Source: Narcine bancroftii (lineage: Eukaryota). Taken from it: 64,000 nucleotides of DNA. A program made the translations under genes and the position numbers. Location of the stretch: contig NC_091470.1 of NCBI RefSeq assembly GCF_036971445.1, forward strand, positions 140,120,001 to 140,184,000, read 5' to 3'. Shown here piece by piece: positions 22,950-35,738 of this stretch. The stretch's first letter is position 1; each line of letters opens with the position of its first letter. Under the pieces are notes generated by a model. It was not told the DNA's origin. It saw only the letters and a program-made list of their open reading frames with translations, and made no database searches.

Positions 22950-23300
22950 ATACCTCCTTGCCGCTGAAGGACCCGAACGTGGTCCTGCTGCCGCCCTCTC
23001 TGCGCCAGTTGCAGGAGTGGCAACGGGCCTCGGCTGTGTGCGTCGTCAGCGGCTTCTACCCCGACAACGTCAGGATCATTTGGGCCATCGACGACGCAGA
23101 CCTGGCCGACAATGACACCAGGGTGCAGAGCGATGCCGAGTCGGTCAGCAGCGACGGAAACAGGACCTTCAGCATCGCCAGCCACCTCTACCTGTCCCTG
23201 GAAGATTACCAAAGAAGCAGACGACTGCGCTGCAAGGTGGACCACTACCAAAGTGGATCGAACCCCAAGAGGTTCGACGCCAGCGTTGACATCGACACGG
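22950..23300 (+). CDS. TRBC: TCR beta constant region exon 1 (Ig C1 domain)
   Basis: Acceptor CAG at 22947-22949, phase 1 matching the J donors. Sequence DTSLPLKDPNVVLLPPS..SAVCVVSGFYPDNVRIIW..FSIASHLYL..LRCKVDHY..DIDT has both Ig cysteines and the Trp. Donor G|GTAGGT. Confidence 0.95.
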
Positions 23301-24540
23301 GTAGGTGTCGAGTTTCCCCCTTTTCTGATGGGGTGCGCGGGGGAATCTAGATGAGCAGGGAACGTCGCACGTTGGAGCATAGAAGAGGCCCTTCGGCCCT
23401 CGATGTTGTGCAGACCCAACAACATACTCACCTGGCAATCCACCAGAGTTCCCAATATGCCCGTCTCAGGGTCATTTGCATGCCTCTAATATTCCATCCC
23501 TGGGGGGAATAAACATGCGCTCACTGTCCACTCCGCACCCCTGTCTATGCTTCTATCGACCCTCCTCCTGTCCTTCCCCATCCCGAAGAGAAACGTCCCA
23601 GCTCTGCTAACCTTGCCCTCGGGTGGTACGTCCACTGGCCTGGCCTCGTCCGTGGTGTTTTGCAATCCCTGGGAGCGTCCCCCAGCACTGCAAGGGGACG
23701 TTCACCCACTTCGGGGTTGTTGTAAATGCCCTGGGACCTCACTGACCCATCCCTTCCCTCTTCTCCGCCCGCTCCTGTCGAGATCCCGATGTAACTGCCC
23801 GCAACGCCTCTCCTAAGTCTCCACCCTGTCTGTATCCCGTTGAAACTTTCAACACTGTCCACAGCCCCTCTCTCCACTCCCTGTCCTGTCTGTATCCCGT
23901 TGTAACCTTCTACACCGTCGACAACCCCTCTCCCAACTCTCCATCCTGTATGCATCTTATAGGATGGACGTGGAAGCTATGGAGAGGGTGCAGGGTAGAT
24001 TCACTAAGATGTTTCCTGGATTGGAAAATAAGTCTCATGAGTGCAACGTCGGCAGAGCTGGTTCGTTTCCCTTTGGGGCGTAGAAGAATGAGAGCAGTCT
24101 TGATAGAGGGTCTACAAGAGGCGTAGAGAGGAGTGGAGAGTCAGCGCCTGTTTCCCGGGGAAGGAATAGCAAACACCAGAGGAGGTCGGTACATCCTGAA
24201 GGGAGGCATCAGGGATGAGGTTTTCTACCCAGAGAGTGGGTGCCCGGAAAGCCTTGGCGGGGAGGCTGGGAGGGGTCGTTTACAGGACCTCCATCCTAAT
24301 CTCCACGTGCCCTGTCCACGCCAGACCTGTTCTCCGCCCCAGCCGAAGAGCTTCACAGCTCTCCTGAGAGCAAGCCTGGAGGCCAATTCTCCTGGTCCCT
24401 GTCCACCCACCCGGTGGCCCGGTCGGGGCTGAATCCGTCAGTGCATTCCCAAGGCGCCTGACCGCGTTACTCCTAGCTGGTCAGTTCTCTCTCCTGCTGT
24501 TATAGATGCTCACTAAATGTCTTTATATTTGCTTTTGCAG

Positions 24541-24561
24541 ACACGTGCGGTTTAAGCAAAG
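24541..24561 (+). CDS. TRBC: TCR beta constant region exon 2 (hinge, DTCGLSK, interchain Cys)
   Basis: Polypyrimidine tract + TTTTGCAG acceptor, 21-nt phase-1/phase-1 exon, donor GTGAGT; typical TRBC mini-exon. Confidence 0.92.
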
Positions 24562-26091
24562 GTGAGTCCTCCAACCGCCCCTTATCCGTGACCCTGATAT
24601 GGCATCGACCACGATCATGGGAGCCGAAAGAGGCCACTCAGCCCATTGAGGCTGCCCCGCCAGTCAGTCATGAGCGCTCACACTCGTGGCGAACCACCGG
24701 TCACAGTATGAGCCACTCTTTTCCAATATAGTCCCCTCCAGAGCGGCGCCAGGCCCTTCAGCCCCTCGACTTCGTGGCGACCCAGATATTCATTACGACT
24801 CCTACCCTCTCAAACGCCCCTGATGTTCCACCCACCACCACCCCTCAGCAAGGCGTTCCGAGTCCTCACAGCTCTCTGCCTTGAAAAGAAACTCCCCTCC
24901 CTTCACTGCTCACTTGCTGCCCCCCCATCCCAAAGTGAGACACGTTCTCCAATCCCCTCGCGAGTCCTGTCTGCACCCTCTGCGCGGCTGCCCCGTCCTT
25001 ACCGCAACTGGGTGTCCTGAACTGAATAAGCTACCCCAGGTGATGTCTCACCAGAGGTTTGTCATTCTCTTGACTCATGAACCCGATCCCCAGCGTCGCC
25101 TCGGCCTTCTTGTCCACTCTGCCAACCTGTCCGATGACCTTGAGGAATGTATTGATTTGGACACCAGTGTCACTCGGTTCAACGACACCCTTAAGTAAGC
25201 AGCCATTAACCCTGTACTCGGCCTCAGGCTCGTCCTTCCAAAACGCATCACCACACACATCTCGAATCCAGTTGGCCACCCCGGTGTCTGAACCCGTGTA
25301 CTCTTCTTTGTATATTACAATCGGGGAAAAAGCCGACCGACGTTAACTCTGTCCGTCCCCCTCGTCATTTTAAATATCAAATCTCCCCCACATTCTTCGA
25401 CACTCCTGGGAACCTGTTTAACCTTTCCCTGTAACTCAGTCCCTGACGTCCGGGCAACATCCTAGTAAATCTTCAGGGGATAAAGTCCCGAACCTGTTGA
25501 AGTCCCTAAAACTCTGTCCCTGAACCACCTAGTAAATCTTCTCCGCCCTTTCTCTACCTGATTTGAGATCTGTCCTGTCGTTCGGTGACCAATACCTACA
25601 CACAATGCTCTCAATTTGCCCTCTTGTTCAACTTAACCAGAACGTCCTGGACTCGATGTTCTGATTTATGAAGGCCAATGTGCCAAACGCTCTCTCCTCG
25701 ACCCTGTCCCCACTTACAGGGAATGATGTCTCCGCGTTTCCCAGGTCCCTCTGTCCCACCGCACCCTTCAGGGCCCTGCCGTTCTCCTTCCGAAATGCCC
25801 TAGTCGGCATGAGATTCCATTAGCCCATATTCCTCTGGAAGCTTTGAAACCCCTTTCTCGACCCCCTTTACCCCGCCAACGTATACAGACGACAAACAGC
25901 ACGGTACGTACTACTGAGGTCAGGATCACCTCTGTCATTCACTGGGTGACATTGGCACATCGGAAAAACAGGATCCCCCGACAGTCCTGACCCACGTGTG
26001 AGACCAAATGAAAAATACCTGACGGAGGTGAAATCGCCCGCCCGTTCAAAGCTTTGCGTGTTAATATACCCCTGTGTTCTTCTCTTAACAG

Positions 26092-26198
26092 AGGATAAAT
26101 TACAAGCTATGGAAATTGGAAAACTGACCTATCTGATCCTTATTTGCAAAAGCCTCGTCTACGCCACCTTTGTGTCCGTTCTTGCCTGCAAAGCGAAG
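26092..26198 (+). CDS. TRBC: TCR beta constant region exon 3 (connecting peptide + transmembrane)
   Basis: EDKLQAMEIGKLTYLILICKSLVYATFVSVLACKAK carries the single TM Lys and the Y..L...K...Y antigen-receptor TM motif. Acceptor TTAACAG, phase-0 donor AAG|GTACGT. Confidence 0.95.
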
Positions 26199-26553
26199 GT
26201 ACGTCTGGGGTCGGCGGCGTTCGGACGCATCCGTGGACGGGACGGGTGTATTGAGACGCGGGACCGGATGGCGAGGAATGATCTGTGTCTGGACGGGTCT
26301 GGAGGGACGCGGGCCGCACGGCTCCGTGGACGCGACGGTCTTAGAGCAGGGGGGCGAGTTTACCTGAGGGGTGGGGCAGGTTCTTCCACACGAATGGTAG
26401 TGGGCGCCCGAAATGACGAGACTGCGGTTCCGGCCCAAGAATGGGCGTAGGGAGCCGAGATCCGGGCACCAGCGGGCCTGATCCCCGCACCCCATTTCCC
26501 CCTTCCACCAGGCGACCTCATCAATCCTTTTCCCCGTCTATCGTCCACTGCAG

Positions 26554-26580
26554 AACAGTTACCACAAGCGATTCGACTGA
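26554..26580 (+). CDS. TRBC: TCR beta constant region exon 4 coding part (cytoplasmic tail NSYHKRFD-stop)
   Basis: Acceptor CTGCAG at 26548-26553, in phase with exon 3; TGA at 26578-26580. Short SYxKRFD tail as recalled for cartilaginous-fish TCR beta. Confidence 0.9.
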   Translation, partial: NSYHKRFD

Positions 26581-26740
26581 AGAGATGAGGGCAAGAGTTT
26601 GTTTGAGCCGCCGGAGTTGAAGGAGATGATGAAGGAGATTCTCCCACCAACTCCTCCTGAATTCATGCTGATTTCAAGATTTCGTAAATTCGTGATTTTT
26701 TTTTTGTTCATGTTTGTAAGATTTCAGGAGATTTTATGAT

Positions 26741-26746
26741 ATTAAA
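26741..26746 (+). terminator. Possible polyadenylation signal ATTAAA for TRBC
   Basis: Variant hexamer ~160 nt after the stop, followed by T-rich sequence; unverified. Confidence 0.35.
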
Positions 26747-26984
26747 TTTTCAGTTTTCAGATTTTAAAATTCCGTAATTTTATCGTTATTTTCTATCCGT
26801 TCATGATTGCATGATTTCGTGATTCCAGTTCCCGATTCAACGATCTCGTGACGTGTTGACACTCCTGCCCGTGGATCGACCCGATTATTTTTTTAACAGT
26901 CAAGATCAAATCTGCATTCCCCATTTCATGCCATACCCCCACCCGCTCTCTCTCCCCTGAAAGCGATAACCAGTACATTCAGTT

Positions 26985-27520
26985 TGATCCTGTAAGAAAA
27001 TTAAAGATTTTAGGGAGGAAATTATAAAATTTTTGAGAGATTTGTTTAAAATGGATATTCGGTTGGATCCAAATTATGTTTATGGGATTATGATAAGGGC
27101 CCATTTGTCGATTTGAGAATGCATAAACTCACTTTCTTAAAGTTAACCTTGCAGTAGCAAGAAAATGTATAGCTGCGACATGGAAGAATGATGTACAACT
27201 AAATTTGCGAAGATGGCAAAATGAAATACAATCTTGTTTGTAATTAAAAGGTTAACATACAATGTGAAAAACAAATATTCTTTCTTTATTATATGTTCGG
27301 ATTATATTTGAAATGTAGAGCTATAGAAATTAATTAATTGTAATACGTTTGGCACACCAATCAGGGAATATTGATTTTTGTTGTGAGTTTTTGGGGGAAG
27401 GTGGATTGGAGAAGTTTGTTTTAGGATTTTTAGTGTTTGTTTTTGTTGTAGGTGGGAAGGGGAGGGTTATAGCAATTTATTTTGTGTGTAATTTGAAAAT
27501 TTAAATGAATTGTTTTTAAA
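26985..27520 (+). mobile_element. Degenerate L1-type LINE 3' fragment
   Basis: LAVARKCIAATWKND..RRWQNE remnant, homologous to the fragment at 2150-2860. Confidence 0.6.
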
Positions 27521-27948
27521 AGCGATTATCTGTTGATCCACAAATCCCAGTGGAAACATCCCACTCTATGTCTACCCCTCACAATCTCGTAACCCTCGAT
27601 CAAGACTCCACTCAATCTTCTTCGCTCTGAAGAATAAAGACCCGAACCTGTTGAGCCTTTCCCTGTAACTTAGTCCCTGACGTCCGTGCAACATCCCAGT
27701 AAATCTTCAAGGGATAAAGTCCCGAACCTATTGAACCTTTCTCTGTAACTCGGGCCCTGACGTCCGGGCAACATCCCAGTAAATCTTCAGGGGATAAAGT
27801 CCCGAACCTGTCGAACCATTTCCTGTAAATCAGTCCCTAATGTCCGGGCAACATCCCAGTAAATCGTCAGGGGATAAAGTTCCGAACCTGTTGAACCACT
27901 CATTGAAGATTTACTCCACCACTCTATCTGCCATCTTTCTCCTTCTAC

Positions 27949-27997
<49 letters not shown>

Positions 27998-29721
27998 TCT
28001 CTCTCTCCTTTTTCTCACTGTCGGTATGTCTTTCTCTCTCCTCCTCTTTCTCCATCTTCCTCTACCCCTATCTCTCTCACCTTTCTTACTCGCTCTCCCT
28101 CTACCTTTCTCTCTCTCCCTCTCCACACTCTCTTTCTCTCTTTTTTCTCTCCCCCTCTCTCTTTCTCTTCCCCCTCTCTCCCATCGATTCTCCCTTTCTC
28201 CCGCTCTCCTTCTCTCTCCCTCTTTTTCTCTCTCTCTTTCTCTCTCTCCCATCACCTCTCGCACCCCCTCTCTCTTTCTTTCTCTCTCCTCCCCCCCACC
28301 ACGTTCAGGAAGTCTAACCCCAGAGGGTCCCATTTTGAACGTGAGAAAGGAGGGGGAGATTTAATGTTAAACGTCCTGTTACACCCAGAAAAAAAATATT
28401 TCAGCAGGAGCTACCGCGTTTTTACTGTTGCTGATGAACAGGTTTCACGTCCGGTGTTTGTTTGAATCAAATAGAAAAGATGGGGGGGGCGGGGGATGAC
28501 AGGGAGGAAGACAGAGATAGAGAGAGAGCGGGAGGGAGGGAGAGAGTGTGAGGGAAGGAGAGAGAGGGAAAGAGGGGAAGGAGGGTGAGAGTAAGAGAGG
28601 GAGAGGGAGATAGAGGGAGAGACAGAAAGTTAATGGAGGGGGAGTGAGACAGAGGGAGAGGGTGACAAGGAGATATAGAGGGATTGATAGAGAGACCGGA
28701 GAGAGAGGCAGAGAGAGGGAGAGAGTTAAAGGGAGTGAGAGAGAGAGAGAATAGACAGAGAGTGGGAGGGAAGAGAGAGAGAGAGAGGGTAAAAGTGGGA
28801 GAGATGAGAGGGGTGGAAGAGAGGGAATGTTGAGGTATGCTGGGAGAGTGGAGAGAAGGAGGGTGGAGGGAGTGAGAGAGGGGGAGAAGTGAGAACGAAA
28901 TATGGAGAGAAAGAGAAAAGGGGCAAGGAGGAGGGGGCGTGGATGGTTGGATGGGGGTGTGAAAGAGGGAAAGAGAGGAAGTGAGACATAAGGTGAGGGA
29001 GAGAAAGTCAATTCATGTCCAACCCAACAGAACTGCGTTCTCCGGTCATCAGTACAAAACACTCAGAAATAAGACACGTAGAAACATAGCACAGGGCACG
29101 GATAACATCCACACTAATAAATAGATATATATGGCTTCCTGGGTATCAGGGCAACGGGTGGTTAGTGTATGAATTTCCTATGGGGGAGAGAGATGTGGAA
29201 AAGAGAGGAGACAGAGAGATATCGAGTGAGGATGATAGGGGAGAGAGATGGGGAGGGGGGAGAGACGGGGGAGAGAGGAGAAGGGGAGGGGACAGGAGGA
29301 GAGAAGGGGAGAGCAGGGGAGAGAGAGACGTAGAGAAAGGGGGAGAGAAGGGAAAGAGAGGCAGAGAGAGGGGAAAGAGGGGGAGAGGGAGGATGTGAGA
29401 GGGAGTGGGGTGGGAGAGGGGCGAGGAGATAAAGTGGAGAGAGTGGAGAGAAGGTCGAGAGAAAGAGTGGAGAGGGGAATAGAGTGGGAAGAGTGGGGGA
29501 GAGAGGAAATAGGGAGAAAGAGGAGAGAGTGGGGTGAGAACAGGGAGAGAAGGGGAGGAGAGAAAGTTTGAGATAGAAGAATTAGAGTTGATGAGAAGGA
29601 GCGAATGGGAAGAGAAGGGGAGAGGGAGAGGGGGAGTGAGGGAGATAGATGGGAGAGAGGGGAGACAGAGGGAGAGTGAGAGAAGAGGGAGGGGAGAGGG
29701 GGAGAGAAGGGAGAGGGAGGG

Positions 29722-29962
29722 GCAGTGCCACGAAAGCCAGAACCACAACACCGGCTGCCCCGGTGTCAGAGACTCCACAGGATGTGGTTGGAACCAAAGT
29801 TTTCTGCAAATTTCCGCTTCAACGTGTCGAGCACAGGTTGCCATGTAGGTCAGGATGTTCCAGGCTGTGTCTGTGGTCAGGCAGGAGGATGTGACAGTAT
29901 GTGTGGGGGAGACAGAGATCTCGGTTTACAGCGTCAACACCAGCTGCTCACTGCACCTGCAC
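29722..29962. promoter_or_regulatory. Candidate TCR beta 3' enhancer (E-beta-like)
   Basis: Unique island between low-complexity tracts. Motifs: RUNX AACCACA (29741-29747), ETS-RUNX composite ACAGGATGTGGTT (29777-29789), ETS CAGGATGT (29851-29858), RUNX TGTGGTC (29872-29878), GAGGATGTG (29885-29893), E-boxes CAGCTG (29941) and CACCTG (29954). Lies ~3.1 kb 3' of the C stop. Confidence 0.65.
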
Positions 29963-30578
29963 TCTCAACCCTCTCCTCCCCTCTCCCCTTCCCTCTCTCT
30001 CCCTTCTCTCCCCATCTTCCCCCTTTCCACCTTCACCCCCTCTCCGCCTCTAAACACTCTCTCCCCACTCTATCCTCTCTCCTCCTCTCTTCGCTCTCTC
30101 TCCCCTCCCCTCTTTTTTCCCTCTCTCCCAACTCTCCCCTTCCCATCTCTCCCCCTTTCCCTTCTCCCATTCTCTCCCCCTCTCCCATTCCCTCCCCTCT
30201 CCCACTCTTTCCTCCTCTCCTGCTCTCTTCTCCTCTCCCACTCTCTCCTCCTCTCCAGCTTTCTCCTCCTCCTTTCCCACTCTCCCTACTTTCTCCACTC
30301 TCTCTCCACTCCCTCCCCTCTCTCCCTCTCTATCCCACTCTCTCTCTCCTCTCTCCTCTCTCCCCTCTCTCTCCCCCTCGTCCTAATCTGCACTTTCTCA
30401 CCCTCTCTCCTCCTCTCTCCTGCTTTCTTCCCCACTATGTCCCCCTCTCTACACCCTCTCTGAATCTCCCCTCTCTCTCCCTCCCCTATCCCCACTATCT
30501 CTCACTCTTTAACCCTCACTCTCCAATTATCTCTCCCATCTACACCACCATCTCATCTTCTCCCCCCCTCTCTCTCTC

Positions 30579-30614
<36 letters not shown>

Positions 30615-33600
30615 CCCCTCTCTCCCACTCTTTGCCACCCTCTCCACCACTCTCTTCCTGTCTCCTACTCTTTCTTTCCCACTCTCCACCTCTCTGTCCC
30701 ACTCTCCCCTCCTCTCTCACCCTCACACCCTCTCTTGGCCACTCTCTCCCCTCTCTCCTCCTCTCTTGCCCTTTCTATTACCCTCTGTCCCCCTCTATCT
30801 CACCCTCTCTCAACCCCCCTCTGTCCCCCTCTCCACCTTTCTCTTCCTCTATCTCTCCTCTCTCTCTCCCTCCCTCTCCCCATCTCACTCCCTCTCTCCC
30901 CCTCACCATCACACACAATCTCTCCTCCTCTCTCACCCCTCTCTCTACTCTCTGTCTCCACATCTCATTCCCTCTCCCCTCTCTCACACACTCTCTCTCC
31001 CTCCCTCCTCTCTTGCACTCTCTCCCCCTCTCTCCTCTTTGCACCCATTTTATTTTCCCCTCTCTTTCCCCCTCACCCTCTCCTGCCAACTCTCTCCACC
31101 ACCTCTCCCCATTAACCTCCCCTCTCTCTCCCCATAAACACATTACCACCCCCCACATACCCTTATAAATAAACCTTCTCACATACAAACTTACTCATAA
31201 ACACCCCCAACACACATCCACTTACAAACATAAACAACCCCCCCCCCACACACATACACTTACACTAAAGCGGGCCTCCACAAACATACATTTGTACATA
31301 AACATCCCCCACACATAAACTTACACATAAACACCCACCACACACATACACAGACATACACACCCCCACACATAGACTTACACATAAATACACCCTACAC
31401 ACATGCATGTACACATAAACACGCCATGCACACATACACTTAAACATAAACACCCCCACACACATTCACATACATATAAACACCCCCACACACATACACT
31501 TACACATAAATACCACCCACATGTAGACTTACACATAAATACCCCACACACATATGACCTTACACATAAACAACCCCACATAGACACACATAAATAACCC
31601 CCACACACATGCACTTACACATGAACATGCCCCACAAACATACACTTTCACATAAACACACCTACATCCATTTGCACATAATCACCCCCACACACATACA
31701 CTTACACATACCCCCCACTCCACACATACACTTAGACATAAACACGCCACAAACACACATACACATATACATAAACATCCCCATCACAAACACATACACT
31801 TACACATTATCATCCCATTCATACATTCACACTTACATAAAAATCCCCACACCTATACATTTAAACATAAACACCACCCACAGATATAAACATCAAACAC
31901 ACACTAACACTTACACGTTAAAACCAGACACTTACACATAAACACCCCCAAACATACCCATACACATTAAAACCGCCCCACATATACACATACACATAAA
32001 CAATCCCCACACACATACACCTACGCTAAAACACCCCCCACACACATACACTTATTCATTAAGACATCTCTATTCAGACGATTACACATAACCACCCCCA
32101 AACGAACATACCCTTACACATAAACATCCCCCAAACACCATACACCTACATATATACAATGCCCCACACACAAACACATACATGTAAAAATCCCCCACAC
32201 ACTTAAGCAAAAACACCCACACACACAAAAACGTACACATAAGCTCCCACAATACACATACACATACATAAACACAACCCAATATCCATACACTTAGACA
32301 TAACACACACCACACCCATACACGTATACATAAACAAACCCCCACAAACCTACACTTTGACATACACAACCCCACACATATACACAAACGCATAAACAAG
32401 CCCCACACACATATATATACACATAAACACCCCCATACATACACTTACTCATAAACACCCCACCGCACACATGCATTTGAACATAAACATCCCTCACACA
32501 CATAAACTTACACATAACACCCTGCTCTGCACATACACATAAACACCCCCCACACACATACACTTATACATAAACAAACTCTCTTACACATGCACTTACA
32601 CATAAACACGTCCCCACACGCATACCCTTATACACAAACACCCCACCATACAAATGTATATGAACATAAACACCCCTCACACACATACACACCGCACACA
32701 CATACGCTTAAACATAAAACCCCCCACACACGTACACTTACACATAAACACCACCCTACGTACAGACACCTACATATAAACACCCCACACACATATGCAC
32801 TTATAAATAAACATACCCCCCTACACATGCACTTACACATAAACACCTCCACACGCACATACTCTTATATGTAAAAACACCCCACACACACATACAGTTA
32901 CATAAAAAACCCCAAACACTTACACACACATCACACACATTAACATCCACACAAACACAAACGTACATATAAATAGACACCACATATATATACACTTACA
33001 GATAAACACCATCACAAACTCACATACACATAAACACGCCTACACACATACATGTAGTCATGAACAACACCTACAAACATACACTTACACATAAACAATG
33101 CCCCACAAACATACACGTAGACGTACACACTCCTCATCACAGATACACCTACATATAAACACCCACCATACAGAGATGTACACATAAATACACCCCATGC
33201 ACATGCACTTACACAAAAATACCCACATACACATAAACATACACATAAACACCACCAGACACCTATAAACATACACGTAAACACCCGCCACGCCCATGCA
33301 CTTACATATAAACAAACTCCTTCAAACCTACATTTTGACATACCCACCCCCACACACATACACAAAGACATAAACAACCTCCCCACATATACATTTACAC
33401 ATAAACACACCCCGCACACACATACATTTACACTTAAACACCCTCAAAAAAACATATACACTGTTAAAAGCATCACACACATACACTTACACATAAACAG
33501 CACCCACACTTACATACACTTACACATAAACACCCCCACAACATAGACCTACACATAAATACACCCAAACACATGAACCTACACCTAAACAATCCCACAC

Positions 33601-33989
33601 ACACATACACTTACACATAAAATCACCAAAACCCATAGTTACAAATAAATACCTGCATACACATACACCTACACATAAACAGCCCCACACATATTAGTAC
33701 ACATAAATACCCCCAACACACATGCATTTAAACATAAACACACCCTGGAAAACTACACTTACACAAAAAACCCACACATTCACTTGCACATAAACATCCC
33801 CCACACACATACACATGCACATATCCCCCTGCTCTGTACTTACACTTAAACAGCCCCAAAAACACACATAAACACTACATTAAAAAAACCCACACACATA
33901 GACTTACACATAAAAACACCTTACACACATACACTTACACATAAACAACCCCCACACACACATAAATACCCCACAAACACATAAACACA

Positions 33990-34048
<59 letters not shown>

Positions 34049-35235
34049 AATACATAAACACTCCAGGACACACACATACCCTTACACATGAACAGCACCT
34101 GCACACATAAACATACACATAATCACCCACACACACACATACACTTACACATCTTCACCCGCACTCACACATACACTTACACATAAAAACCCCAAACACA
34201 CTTATACTTACACATAAACATAAACATCCACACACACAAATACTAACCCATAAACACCCCTCATACACATATATTTACAAATAAACACCCCCAAACTCAC
34301 ATACACATACATAAACACCCCTCATACCCATACACATACACATAAAAACCACCTACACACATTCACTTATACATAAACACCCCCACACACATACACTGGG
34401 ACATAAACACCCCCTCCCACACATACACATACACACACACATACACGTAGACATAAACACACCCTACACACATACACTTACACATATAAAACCGCACAAA
34501 CATAAGCATACACATAAACATCCCCCACACACATACACTTATACATAAACACCCCCCAAGAAAAATATACACTTACACATAATCACCCCACATGCACAGA
34601 CACATTCACTTACACATAAACACCCCACATACACATACACGCACATAAACACCCTCCACTCCTACAATTACACATAAATACCTACACACACACAAACACT
34701 TACTCATGAACACACACCCACACACATACACCAGCAAATAAACACCCCCCACACACATGTACAGTTGCACATAAGCACCCTCACACACCTACACTTACAC
34801 GTAAACACCCCCCACACCCATACACCACAAAAACACCCCCATATACCTTACTCATAAACATCACCCACACATAGACCTACACATACATACCCCGCACACA
34901 CATGACCTTACACATAAACAACCCCACATACACGCCCATAGACTTTAAAAAAACACCACACACTCATGCACTTATATATAAACACCACCCACACACAAAC
35001 ACTTAAACATTATTTTCCCCCACATGTACACTTACACATAAACACTCCACACAAACATGCACCTACAAATAAACGCACCCCACACACACATACACTTACA
35101 CATAAATATCCCACTACACATACATTTGGACATAAACACCCCCCACACACATACATTTACACATAAATAAACCACACGCACACATACACTTACACATAAA
35201 TATGCCACAAACACACATACACTTACACATAAGCA

Positions 35236-35268
<33 letters not shown>

Positions 35269-35738
35269 AATACATAAACACTCCAGGACACACACATACC
35301 CTTACAATGAACAGTGCCTGCACACATAAACATGCACATAATCACCCACACACACACATACACTTACACATCTTCACCCCCACTCACACATACACTTACA
35401 CATAAAAACCCCAAACACACTTATACTTACACATAAACATCCACACACACAAATACTAACCCATAAACACCCCTCATACACATATATTTACAAATAAACA
35501 CCCCCAAACTCACATACACATACATAAACACCCCTCATACCCATACACATACACATAAAAACCACCCACACACATTCACTTATACATAAACACCCCCACA
35601 CACATACACTGGGACATAAACACCCCCTCCCACACATACACATACACCCACACATACACGTAGACATAAACACACCCTACACACATACACTTAAACATAA
35701 ACACCCCCACACACACATACACTGATAAATCTACATTT

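Noticed and set aside
22950-26580. Alternative assignment as TCR gamma, TCR delta or Ig light chain
   Set aside because: D segments exclude gamma and light chains. The GGGACAGGGGG D core, EAYF/YEQYF J motifs, single TM Lys and coding fourth exon indicate beta rather than delta.
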